Of a stretch of DNA of 64,000 nt, positions 26,056 to 37,979 are shown one piece after another; positions within the stretch are counted from its first letter, which is position 1; each line of letters begins with the position of its first letter. The notes beneath the pieces are model-generated. The model ran no database searches. It was given only the letters and a program-made list of their open reading frames with translations, and was not told the DNA's origin. Source of the stretch: Mobula hypostoma (taxonomy: Eukaryota); the NCBI RefSeq assembly GCF_963921235.1, contig NC_086109.1, forward strand, positions 32,056,001 through 32,120,000, written 5' to 3'. The translations under genes and the position numbers were made by a program.

Positions 26056-26090
26056 TAGTCCTGACGAAGGGTCTCGGCCTGAAACGTCGA
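26056..26090 (+). ncRNA. Hammerhead motif at the right end of the Penelope insertion
   Basis: tagtc CTGACGA agggtctcggcct GAAAC GTC ga. The core is intact; the 3' strand of stem I stops two nt after the cleavage triplet. Confidence 0.7.
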
Positions 26091-27765
26091 ATGATAATCT
26101 CAGCTATACCAAAAGAAGGCAAGAATAAAATAGAATGTGGGTCATTTAGACCAATATCTGTTCTTAATGTGGATTATAGAATATTTAATTCCATCATGGC
26201 CAAACGGTTAGAAGATTTTCTACCCACACTGATATATAATGATCAGACAGATTTTATACAACAACGCCAATCACAAGACAATATACGAAGGACACTTCAC
26301 ATTATGGATCATATTTTTAAAAATGAAATTGAAGCAATAGTGATAACCGTGGATGCTGAAAAGGCATTTGATTCGGTTAATTGGAATTTTTGTTACAGAG
26401 TTTTACATAGAATTGGTCTACATGACACAATTATTAAAACTATACAGGCTCTATATGATAATCCTACTGCCAGGATTAAAATCAATGGATAGTTATCTAA
26501 TACTTTTACCCTACAAAGGGGCACGAGACGGAGTTGTGCATGGTCACTGCTACTCTTCGCATTATATCTGGAACATATAGCTCAATACATCAGACAAAAT
26601 GAAGATATCAGGGGAATTACTATTAAAGGGACAGAGCATAAGTTGGCAGATGACATTTTGAGCTATCTAGGGCAACCAACATACTCTTCACCTACACTGG
26701 TGCAATTCTTTGAACAATATGGCCAATTATCAGGATACAAGATCAACATTGATTAAACCCAACTACTTTCATATAACTATAGCCCACCAAGAGAAGTTGA
26801 AAGTAGATATCCTTGGGCATGGCAAACAGAGTCTGTCAAATATTTGGGCATCATTATGCCAAAAGATTTGGCAAAATTATCAGAATGCAATTATCAGCCT
26901 ATATATAAAAAAATAAGGAAGATATAACAAGATGGAACCTAATCCCTTTTCTTGGTCTTAGTTCAAGAATTGAATCTATTAAAATGAATATACTGCCCAG
27001 ACTCTTTCAGACCCTACCAATAGAGATTAACCAAAATCAGTTCAATGAATGGAACAAGATGCTATCTAAATATATATGGCAAGGTAAAAGACCTAGGGTT
27101 CAGCTCAAAACTGCAATTAGCTAAGGAAAAGGGAGGATGGGGCCTACCTTCTCTTAGAGATTATTATTTTTCAGCACAGTTGAGAGCCGTGCTAAGATGG
27201 TGCAACCCATAATATGACGCTCAATGGAAAAACATTGAGGAGAGGATACTTTCCATCCCCATACAGGCAATTTTGGCTGATAACAACCTACAAACTTACA
27301 TAAATAATATTAACAACCCGTGGGTGAATTGGCCTCTTAAAGTATGGAAAACCATTATAAAAGAATATAAACTAGAGAGAGAGACATTGCAATTCTTAAA
27401 TGGTGTGCATATGACTCAGATTTTACGCCGAATGAACTCGATGCTAGATTTAAGGACTGGACAGCTAAAGGAATGACAGCTATTGGCAATATAATGAAAG
27501 GAGGAACACTGTTCAGTTCTGAAATGCTCAAAGAGAAACACTTATTAGAAAACCAAGACTTTTACCAGTATTTACAGATGCGACAGTATGTTAATAGGAC
27601 AGTTAAAAATGTAACCAAGGCAAGTACATGTCTGATAGAGCTATTTAGAAAAGCATATAATTCAGGCAATGGTAGTAGAATAATTTCAAGCGTTTCAAAG
27701 GGTTTGTCAAATCTTAAAACACCTTCGACTTCATACATTAAAACAATTTGGGAGAAGGAAGGAGG

Positions 27766-27829
27766 GAGCCGTGCTAAGATGGTGCAACCCATCATATGAC
27801 GCTCAATGGAAAAACATTGAGGAGAGGAT
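27766..27829 (+). repeat. 64-bp direct copy of 27184-27247
   Basis: gagccgtgctaagatgg...gaggagaggat is present twice with a single mismatch. Confidence 0.95.
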
Positions 27830-29370
27830 CTGGCCCTGGGGATTTATCTGCCTTCAATCCCTTCAATTTACCTAACACCACTTCCCTACTAACATGTATT
27901 TCACTCAGTTCCTCCATCTCACTGGACCCTCTGTCCCTTACTATTTCTGGAAGATTATTTATGTCCTCCTTAGTGAAGACAGAACCAAAGTAATTATTCA
28001 ATTGGTCTGCCATGTCCTTGCTCCCCATAATCAATTCACCTGTTTCTGTCTGCAGGGGACCTACATTTGTCTTTACCAGTCTTTTCCTTTTTACATATCT
28101 ATAAAAGCTTTTACAGTCCGTTTTTATGTTCCCCGCCAGTTTTCTCTCAATCTTTTTTCCCCTTCCTAATTAAGCCCTTTGTCCTCCTCTGCTGAACTCT
28201 GAATTTCTCCCAGTCCTCAGGTGAGCCACTTTCTCTGGCTAATTTGTATGCTACTTCTTTGGAATTGATACTATCCCTAATTTCTCTTGTCAGCCACGGG
28301 TGCACTACCTTCCTTGATTTATTCTTTTGCCAAACTGGGATGAACAATTGTTGTAGTTCATCCATGCAACCTTTAAATGCTTGCCATTGCATATCCACCG
28401 TCAATCCTTTAAGTCTCATTTGCCAGTCTATCTTAGCTAATTCACGTCTCATACCTTCAAAGTTACCCCTCTTTAAGTTCAGAACCTTTGTTTCTGAATT
28501 AACTATGTCACTCTCCATCTTAATGAAGAATTCCACCATATTATGGTCACTCTTACCCAAGGGGCCTCTCACGACAAGATCGCTAATTAACCCTTCCTCA
28601 TTGCTCAAAACCCAGTCCAGAATAGCCTGCTCTCTAGTTGGTTCCTCGACATGTTGGTTCAAAAAACCATCCCGCATACATTCCAAGAAATCCTCTTCCT
28701 CAGCACCTTTACCAATTTGGTTCACCCAGTCTACATGTAGATTGAAGTCACCCATTATAACTGCTGTTCCTTTATTGCACACATTTCTAATATCCTGTTT
28801 AATACCATCTCTGACCTCACTACTACTGTTAGGTGGCCTGTACACAACTCCCACCAGCGTCTTCTGCCCCTTAGTGTTACGCAGCTCTACCCATATCGAT
28901 TCCACATCTTCCTGGCTTATGTCCTTCCTTTCTATTGTGTTAATCTCTTCTTTAACCAGCAACGCCACCCCACCTCCCCTTCCTTCATGTCTATCCCTCC
29001 TGAATATTGAGTATCAGGCTAGATGCAGGAAGATTGTTCCCGATGTTGGGGAAGTCCAGAACAAGGGGTCACAGTTTGAGGATAGAGGGGAAGCCTTTTA
29101 GGACTGAGATTAGGAAAAACTTCTTCACACAGAGAGTGGTGAATCTGTGGAATTCTCTGCCACAGGAAACTGTTGAGGCCAGTTCATTGACTATGTTTAA
29201 GAGGGAGTTAGATATGGCCCTTGTGGCTACAGGGGTCAGGGGGTATGGAGGGAAGGCTGGGGCGGGGTTCTGAGTTGGATGATCAGCCATGATCATAATA
29301 AATGGCGGTGCAGGCTCGAAGGGCCGAATGGACTACTCCTGCACCTATTTTCTATGTTTCTATGTTTCTA
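27830..29370. mobile_element. Young CR1 with 5' inversion nested in L1 ORF2
   Basis: 27830-~29012 is on the minus strand (APE endonuclease: GVVYRPP, IMGDFN, LDWVL, KSDH; then DKSPGPD). ~29013-29370 is the plus-strand 3' end with a (tttctatg)n tail. L1 reads WEKEGG|IIISEEDW across the insertion. Confidence 0.93.
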
Positions 29371-30857
29371 TAATAATATCTGAGGAAGACTGGACAATAA
29401 TATGGAGGTATCAATGGAAGTGTACCAGTTCACAGAAATGGAGGGAGTTCAGGTGGAAAAACTTGATTAGATATTTTATTACACCCTCTCAGAAATCCCA
29501 TTATAATAGTAACTCCCCTGCTTGCTGGAGAAACTGTGGAAATCAAAATGCAAACCATCATCATGTTTTCTGGGAATGCCCCATTATCAAAGACTATTGA
29601 AGTGGGATACTCAATGCCCTACAAGACATCTTTAAATGTGAAATACCCTTAGAGAGTAAGACCATATATTTTGGGTATATACCTCAAGAATGGTTGAAAA
29701 GAGATAAATATTTAATGAAAGTACTGCTGGTGGCTGGTAAAAAGATCCTTACCAGGAAATGATTATCTCAGGAGAGCCCAACTTTAAACGTATGGATGGA
29801 AATTACAATGGACATTTGCAAAATAGAGAAGATAACAGAACTGTTAATCATAAGTTGGAACAATTTTATTCAAACTAGAAAAAAATGGTTTAACTACGTA
29901 ACACCTCATAGGCCTGATTTTATTCTCACAAGTCAGTGAATATGTTGTAAAAAAAAGATCACTTCCTACTCTGTACATAGTTTTCTTCTTTCGATTGTTC
30001 TTTCTTTCCTCTCCTTTCTATAAGTGTATACCTCAGATAAATATTATGTGGAGATTTGTGACAAATATTATATGACATATATGTACAGTATCTGAAATAC
30101 GTCTTATGGAAATGTTTTTCTCATGAAATTCAATAAAAAATAAATTACAAAAAATAAAATAACAAAAAAAGAATATAGTTCTGAAGTCATCCTAAACTTA
30201 TGCTTGCTTTCCTGTGTAAACAGAAAGAACTTGATGAGAAGTGTTCTGAGTAGAGTCATTATATTCCCCATGAACTTACAGTAAGTGTAAAACTGAAAGG
30301 TAGCCCTGTAGTTCAACATAGAATGGTGCCACATTGGTAATCTCATTGGGCCATAAAGTAGCTCAGGTAGAAATGAAAGATATCATATGATGTACAAAGG
30401 TTGCACAGGTGTATTTCTGACGAAAATTAAAGAGAGTTTTTCTCTGATCTTTGTCAAGTCTTCAGTGTGTTATTGAACCTCAGCTGCTACCATTCTCTCC
30501 TCTGAATCAAGTCCCATTCCAAGGACTTCAACACTGAATCCAGATACTGGAGGAAAGCCGCAGTTAGAGAAGCTTCTTTTGAATGGATCATTAGGGCCAC
30601 TCTCAGATAAACTCTGGATCTCATGATTTGCAGGAATCCAGAAAAGTTTACTTAAGAGTCCTGCCCAATAATAATCTCAGTGAACATTGATAAAACAATA
30701 GACTAATTTACCAATACAAATCAATTTGTTGGGGCTTACTGTACACGAATTGGGTGCCATACCTGTATTTCCAACATTGCAATCTTCATTATTCTTCAAA
30801 ACACCATTGCCCGCAAAACGTTTTGGTGCATCATGGAAGATGTTATTGAAATGTAGA

Positions 30858-30955
30858 GTGAGGAAGGGTCTCAGCCCGAAACATCAACTGTACACCCATC
30901 CAGTGATGCTGCCTGGCCTGCTGAGTTCCTCCAGCATTTTGTTTGTGTGTGTTGC
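30858..30955 (+). mobile_element. Penelope-like terminal repeat fragment
   Basis: gaagggtctcagcccgaaacatcaactgt..gatgctgcctggcctgctgagttcctccagcattttg. Confidence 0.75.
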
Positions 30956-32374
30956 ATAGAAGTGTAATTCTTTCTTGTCAATGCAGAAGTGTTTGCAGAA
31001 TTGATCCCAAGTTTCACAAATTAGGAAACATCCATTTCAGAGTACTGACATTCGTCCAATTGACCAACAACAGAACATAGAAAACAGAAGCAGGAGTTGG
31101 CTATTTGGCCCCTTCACCTTTCATGAAGTACATGATTTGTATGATTATAGGCCTTAGCTTTACTTTCTTGCCTGATTTCCAAATACTTAGTTCCTCAGAG
31201 TTCTAAAATATACTGATTTTAGGTTGAATATGCATGGTTATTCTCATCTTTAACCAACTAGGACAAAAAATTTTAAAGATTCATTACTCTGTAAGGGAAG
31301 AAATTTAATTACACCTTCATTTTATACAGGTGTCCCTTTAGCCTGAGGATATGCCCTTAATCGGCACAGCACTCTGGTCCAAAGGGCCTGTATTGTGCTG
31401 TAGATTTTCTATGTTCTATGTTCCCGAATTCCCTGCCAGAAACATTCTCTCAGAATTAACTATGTCAAGACACAACAAAAAAATGAAAACAAATTATAAA
31501 ATATAAATGCAAGTATCTAAAATGAGAATGGTGAGATTTGCCAAAATGGATTGTGGAGACGATTGGTTTACTACTGTTGCTAGGTTACTTAAGACAAAAA
31601 TCTAAACTTGACCCAGTAGCACAATTGTAGGCCAAGGACATTAGGAATTAAATAACCTTCAGAATCTTTGGAAGTTCTCAGCAATGTTGCCCCCCGAAAC
31701 ATATGGTATAAATCTGTCAATGACCCAGACTTAAAACAGGGAGTGGGAGTAATGTGGTCAAGCCCAAAATGCAGTGCACCCAATATTGCCCAGCCAACAA
31801 AACTCAGTTCTCATCTTCAGACATTACCTCAGAACCATTGACAACAGAGATGGATATCACTTTGTCACATGTCATGACAAGAAATTATCAAGAGGATGGA
31901 GTAAAAAAATTCAAGATCATTCTAAGGGCCTTCCTGAATACTGTATGTATAACTGCCTAGCAATTCATAGGAGATCCTAAACCAGAATCAGTCAAAATGA
32001 TGCCATGGCATTTGGGATGACACTGTGTACCTCAAGTCCTTTTAGCAAGAGCACAGAGGCTCAGTGGAAGGATTACACCTCCCAAATAACGTATCTTCTG
32101 CTCCCAGATTAGGCACTACAGTAGAGTAGTTATTGGCCTATAAATTGGCTTCAGTCAGAACAGAACCCACAGAAGTCAAATGGAAACAAGTCATCCTCAG
32201 TCCCAGGGAAATGCTTAAGGAAGATAAGGAGAAAAGGCCCAATGGAACTTACCTTTAAGGAGAAACTTCCTCACAGTATCAACCATATCAGAATCTGATC
32301 CATACCTTATCATGGACCATATTTAACTGACTACAGATGAAATTGATTATTTTATAGAATAAACTTCATAGACA

Positions 32375-32500
32375 TGAGAGATTCTGCCAATGCTGGAAAT
32401 CTGGAGCAACACACAATGAATACTAAAGGAACTCGGCTTGTCAGGCAACATTCATGGAGAGGAATAAATAGTTGATGTTTCTGGCTGAGATCCTTCATAT
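32375..32500 (-). mobile_element. Penelope-like terminal repeat fragment, old
   Basis: attctgccaatgctggaaatctggagcaacacac...gttgatgtttctggctgagatccttcat parallels 24990-25110. Confidence 0.65.
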
Positions 32501-32869
32501 GCATGCCATTAAAGCAGGGTTGTCAGGATTTTAAGCATTGATTGGAGGCACCTAGGGTCAGATCACTTTAGATCTGATAAAATGTACAAACAGAAAGAGG
32601 TTGATTTTCACGATTGGAATTTACTGGAACGGAGTTATAAATGCAAAATGAGGTTTTGGTTTAATTTGTACAACAGGGCTTTGGTGAATGTATTGGTGGC
32701 TTCATCCTTCCTAAACTAGTAAGATCTTTCAAGAGCAGGGGCAGGGATTCTGCCTTCTCTGATTACCTGCAGCCACGTTAGTTTTCTGTTATTTGCAGGC
32801 CTCTTCCTACAAATAGAAGTCATGTATAAAATGCAAAGCATGTTAGGTGGTTGAGAAATCATATGGTTT

Positions 32870-33440
32870 GTGGGGAATTGAGTTCAAGAGCTAATGTTGC
32901 AGGTCTGTGAAACTCTGGTTAGGTCATACTTGGAGTATTGTGTGCAGTTCTGATTGCTTCATTATAGGAAAGATGTGGAAGCTTTCGAGAGGGGGCAAAA
33001 GAGATTTACCAGGATGATAACTGGATTGGAGATCAGATCTTATGAGGGAAGTTTGAGTGAGCTCGGACTTCTCTCTTTGGAGCGAAGGAGGATGAGAGAT
33101 GACTTGATTTAGGTGTATATGATGATCAGAGACATAGTTAGAGCGGACAGCCAGCATCTTTTTCCCTGATGGCAAAGATGATTGGAGGAAAATATGGCAT
33201 GGGTGGGAGTGAAGTCAGAAATAGGATTTCAACACAGAGAGTGGTAAGTGCATGGAATGCACTGCCAGAGGTGGTAGAAGCTGATTCATTAGGGATATTT
33301 AAGGAACTTTTAGATAGGCACATGGATTTAAAAAATTGGAGGGCTATGCAGGGAAGGATTAGATTAATCCTGGAGTAGATTAAAGAGTCAGCACAATACT
33401 GTAGGCCACAGAACCAGTACTGTACAATACTGTTCTGTGT
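32870..33440 (+). mobile_element. Old CR1 3' fragment
   Basis: LVR.HLEYCVQF-like and TQRVVSAWNALP motifs. Confidence 0.8.
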
Positions 33441-35099
33441 TCTATCTCCTTGCAAGCCTCAAATTGACATTCAGTGAAGAAGAAATGAATATGGAGGCAT
33501 GGTCACTGTATATTTCCCTCACCTGTATACTTCTGATGCATAGGAAGCTTCAGCGTGCATCAAACACGATGCTCAAAATATTCCCTCAAATACTCAAACT
33601 GAAATTGTCTTTGGATTATCATCAAGCCAGCCTACTTGATCGGGAAAGACAGCTAAACACATGAATGGAACAGTCAAGTTAAAGCTGCACTTGCAAATGC
33701 ACTGCTGAAAATTTCTGCAAACTCTTTGCCAACAGTAACCTTTTCCTCTGAACATGTCAAAGAGTTAAAATTCAGCCCCTGGAGTCACCATTCTGGTTTT
33801 AGACTCCGCATGGTATCGCTGCCAATCATGTAATTTTGTTCACACAATATGCACTAGTTCCTCCTAAAAGGACTTCAAACAGAAAATTAAAATAATGGCA
33901 ATAAATACAAATTTGAGAGTAGACCGCTAATCCAGAGTAGCTGAATATACAGAGATATAGTCACTTCTCTCAAAAGCACTAAGCAAACCTGCTGACATTA
34001 TGCACATAGAGATTTTTAACATAGTGCATAGATACTGAAGGTTCAAATTATCTTTCTTTTCTATGTACACATATGCTACATGACTAGTTTCCTGCATAGC
34101 AATTCACCTTAGTTAACAAAAAGTATTTGAAGCAAAGCCAGGACACAGCTCAATAACAAACCAAAGCACCTGAGAAATTCTTGGAACATTTCGGAACTTA
34201 TTAAACAAATGACCAGTTCCCTTATATTTCCATCATGCCCGTGGCATTAGGCCACAATCTGCTTAATTAATTATCATGAATAGAAAAGGATTTTGTTTGA
34301 GATTAATTTTGGAATGGAAAATGCCAACTACCTAGGGAGAATACCACAGTAAGAACATGCATAAAGATCCTTTAGTTGTTCAGTGAACTGTGAACACTCC
34401 TGACCTCTAATGAATATCAAGAGAAATATTGGACTATTAACCCTTTTAAGATCATTAATATCCTGTGTTATATAGGAAAGACATTTTGGGCTGGAACTCA
34501 GAAGGGTGTATGCCCAGACAAGGGATCAATGAGGGGACTGGAAATATCAAATCTGTTTAGCATGCAATGATCCCTGAAGAATGGAATCTGTTTGTTTATT
34601 CTCTTCTGTGCTCTAAAACCTTCAGATCTTTCCTAATTGTTGTGCCTGGAAGCGGACTGTCCTGGATTAAACTGAAGCTACAAACAATCTGTTGGAGGAA
34701 CTCAGTCCTGGTGCAGCGTTTCAACCCAAAACATCAGCAAATCCTTTTCTCCCAACAAGTGATGTTGCTCGACCCTTTGAGTTCCTCCAGCAGTCTGCTT
34801 GCTGCTCCAGATTCCAGCATCTGCGGTCTCCTGTGTGTCTCTGGACTGAATTGATTCAGACACTTCAGATACCATGAAAGGAAAGAAATAATGAAGAAAA
34901 AAATGGGCCTATATTTAGACTGCACAGAGGTGAACTTTTCTACACTCTGCAGCTCTATGACACTCTTAATCATTCAACTGTTTGTGGTCACGCCTACACC
35001 TACCTGTGCCCTTAGCTCACTGGAATTCACTCCATGAAACTCTGCCCCTCAGCCTCACTGCTCTTTTGGACCATGATCTAAAATCAAACGTAGTCAATA

Positions 35100-35430
35100 A
35101 ATGTACTGGCACAATTGGTAGGGCTGCTCCTTTGACCTGGCATCTCAGCTCCAACGACCTGGGTCGAATCTTGACCTCTAATGCCTTCTGTTAAGAGTTT
35201 GCACATTCTCCCTGCTGCTTCTCAGAGTATTTTGGTTCCCTTCCATTTGCCAAAGATGAGGATGTTGGTAAGTTAATTGTCCCTAGTATGTAGGGAAGTG
35301 GTAGAATATGGGGAAATGTAGGAAGAATACATTGGGATTGGTGTAAGATTTATATAAATGGGTGCTTAATAATCAGCAGAGACATGTTGGGTTTAAGGGC
35401 TTTTTGCCATCTGTATCTTGCTGTGATTCC
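35100..35430 (+). mobile_element. tRNA-derived V-SINE, decayed
   Basis: B-box-like ggtcgaatc at ~35162 followed by gagtttgcacattctccctg. Confidence 0.6.
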
Positions 35431-36036
35431 ACGATCTTTGATCATACATTCAACTGTCTTAGTAACAGCATAACATATTGTTTAAAATTGCCTACATGAA
35501 ATTTGTTGGGTAACTTTGTTGTGGTTAAGATGCTATATAAATACAAGATGGTTTGGTTTCTATTGAGAGCTGGCATTTTGAGGAATGAGTGATTCTCGAT
35601 GAGTGGGAAGTCATTGCCTTCCTTGATGAGATGAACCAGTGACACTTCCCTTCGTGGTCTTGGATGAGAAGCATTATAATATTGTTCTCAAGCTATGGCT
35701 ATTACTTGGATGACCTCCATTGTATCAGTTCTAAGATTATGAAGATTAAAGATTGGTTTTATTTGTCACGTGCACACTAAAACATTGCAAGATAGTGAAA
35801 TGCAACCTTTGCATCAAATTAGATCAGTGAGGAGTGTGCTTCTGGACCCAACACTGCATGCCCACAACTTACATCCTAACCGTATGTATTTGGAATGTGG
35901 AAGAATCCGAAGGAACATACACAATGTCCGAAGAGCGTACAAACTCCTTGCAGGCAGCAGCTGGAAATGAACGCTGGACGGTGACCGCAGGCACTATAAT
36001 AGTATTATACTGACTGCTCACCACAGTGCCGCCCTC

Positions 36037-36347
36037 CTTTTGCCCCAGTTACTATTTGACCCTTCTTCTGTCCCAGTTACTGTTTGACCTTCTTCTGTCC
36101 CAGTTACTGTGTGACCTTTTTCTGTCCCAATTACTGTGAGACCCTCTCCTGTCCCAGTTACTGTTTGACCTTCTTCTGCCTCAGTTACTGTGAGACCCTC
36201 TCCTGTCCCAGTTACTGTTTGACCTTCTTCTGCCTCAGTTACTGTGAGACCCTCTCCTGTCCCAGTTACTGTGAGACCTTCTTCTGTCCCAGTTACTGGG
36301 TGACCTTCTTCTGCCCCAGTTACTGGGTGACCCTTCTTTTGTCCCAG
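36037..36347. repeat. 27-bp minisatellite, about 11.5 copies
   Basis: Unit ccttcttctgtcccagttactgt(t/g)(t/a)ga read directly. Confidence 0.95.
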
Positions 36348-37794
36348 TCATCAAACCCAGTGGAAAGACAGATTTAAGAAGTTGGATGAAGCCAGTGATT
36401 GGAACCAGCTGTTCTATTTCTGTGACCCTCCTTCACCAAAGATATTTCATCCCCGTTTCTCTTAATTACCCCCTCAACTTCCAATTTAAGATGGAGCAAC
36501 TAGTGTGTCACAGCTCACTGGTGGTTCAAAAGGCAACAGATTCAACCAATACCATGATTAATAACACCTTTTCTGAAGTACTTGTGTTAAACAGTGAAAA
36601 AGCAAGTGGAGGCAAAGTTGACTTGAAGGATGAGCCATGCTACTGCATTGCAAAGCCAAGGGGCGATGTATTCAATATGGGGTCGCAGACGGTGTTGGTA
36701 TCACTGTTAGAGTTGGAATGAGCAATCTGGAGAGGAGTCAATGTGGAAGAATTTTGTTGCCCATCCACCTAACGCAGGTGAGAGGTTGGATCCCTCCAAG
36801 CACTGAGACGATTTGGTGAGATCAAGAACGGCTTTGGGTTGGGTGGGTACACTGGGTTCTGGGTCGTAGAGCAATGCACTACCTGTTGCTTGGACAGTTT
36901 AGATACTGGTCTAGACTGGAAAGCCTGAGTGTTGGGACCAGAGTCAAGAGTCGGTCTGATTTCACTCACTCTCCAGTGTTGTTCATTCATCTCTCGGCGG
37001 TGAACTTCTCCAGTTGCTGTGCTACTGAAACTGAGGTTTGGACCTACTTCCACTTCTCCAGGGAGCGGATCTCAGGACTCAGACTGGTTCACAACACTGT
37101 CATCTGCTTCAATTGGTTGCATGATCGTATTTTTTGTCTTACTCTTTCTCCGCACAGTTGTTTTGGTCTTTTTTTTAATTGCTTTCTTAGTTTCTTGCTT
37201 TGTGGCTGCTTATAAGCAAACAAATCTCAAGGTGTATGATTTATACAGTCTTGGAATATATATATATGTACTTTGAATCTTTGAAATTGAGTGGAGCCTC
37301 TTCCTATGTACAAGAAATTGGACCAATTTGTGCCAGCATTATAAATAGGTATTAATTAATTTATGTTTAAATACAATTGCACCATTGTGAGCAGAAATGC
37401 TGCAACCTGCAGCAAAGCCCATGGAGGAGGTCTCTGAGCCTGTGCCAATAAGAACTGGTGTGTGAATACCTCAGTAATAACAGCCAACTGGTCACCACAG
37501 ATGGGGTTTCTAATGGTGAAGTGCAGACCCTTCTACTTTCCAAGGGTGTTCACTGTCATTGTGATTCCTACTGTTTACATCCACCTCACCACCACCCCCC
37601 CCCCACCCTCATCACTGGCATGCTAGTGCGGGGCAAGCAGCCTAGGAGCTCCACGGCACCATCTGCAATCTCCAAGCCACTCAACACAATGGTATCCTCA
37701 TCATTGCAGGTGACTTCAATCATGCCAACTCACAAACTGTCCTGCTAAAGTTCTACCAGCTTGTCAACCTCAGAATCAGAGGAGAGAATATATT

Positions 37795-37979
37795 CACACA
37801 CAAAATGCTGGAGGAGCTCAGCAGGCCAGGCAACATCTATGGAAAAATCTACAGTCGAAAAGGGTACAGGCCCGAAACGTCGACTGTGCTTTTTTCCATA
37901 GATTCTGCCTGGCCTGCTGAGTTCCTTCAGCATTTTGTGTGTGTTGCTTTGATTTCCAGCATCTGCAGCTTCTCTCAGT
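37795..37979. mobile_element. Fold-back Penelope-like mini-insertion
   Basis: 12-bp TSD agagaatatatt (37783-37794 and 37980-37991). Arms ~37795-37858 and ~37880-37942 are near-perfect reverse complements. Confidence 0.88.

Larger units (their letters stand above)
24983..26092. mobile_element. Penelope-like element, truncated, with inverted terminal repeat arms
   Basis: 14-bp TSD gatagtctcagcta / gataatctcagcta (24969-24982 and 26093-26106). Arms ~25081-25412 and ~25755-26090 are reverse complements, with a GIY-YIG coding segment between them. Confidence 0.9.
22596..29938 (+). pseudogene. L1 ORF2p (APE endonuclease, RT, CCHC), disrupted
   Basis: MAKDKVKFISF...EQAH|VVYLQETHL, LLNIYAP, GGDLN, SDH, KSPGSDG, FRPISVLNVDY, DAEKAFDSV, ADD (~26647) and CWRNCGNQNANHHHVFWEC (~29523-29579). 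Multiple stops and frameshifts. Confidence 0.92.
20993..30168 (+). mobile_element. Full-length L1-clade LINE (decayed) with four nested insertions
   Basis: 16-bp TSD aagaatatagttctga at 20977-20992 and 30169-30184. AATAAA plus A-rich tail at 30132-30168. ORF1 and ORF2 motifs are in canonical order. Confidence 0.95.

Noticed and set aside
28244..29101. 285-aa plus-strand ORF as a novel gene
   Set aside because: It is the antisense shadow of the CR1 endonuclease frame running across the inversion junction.
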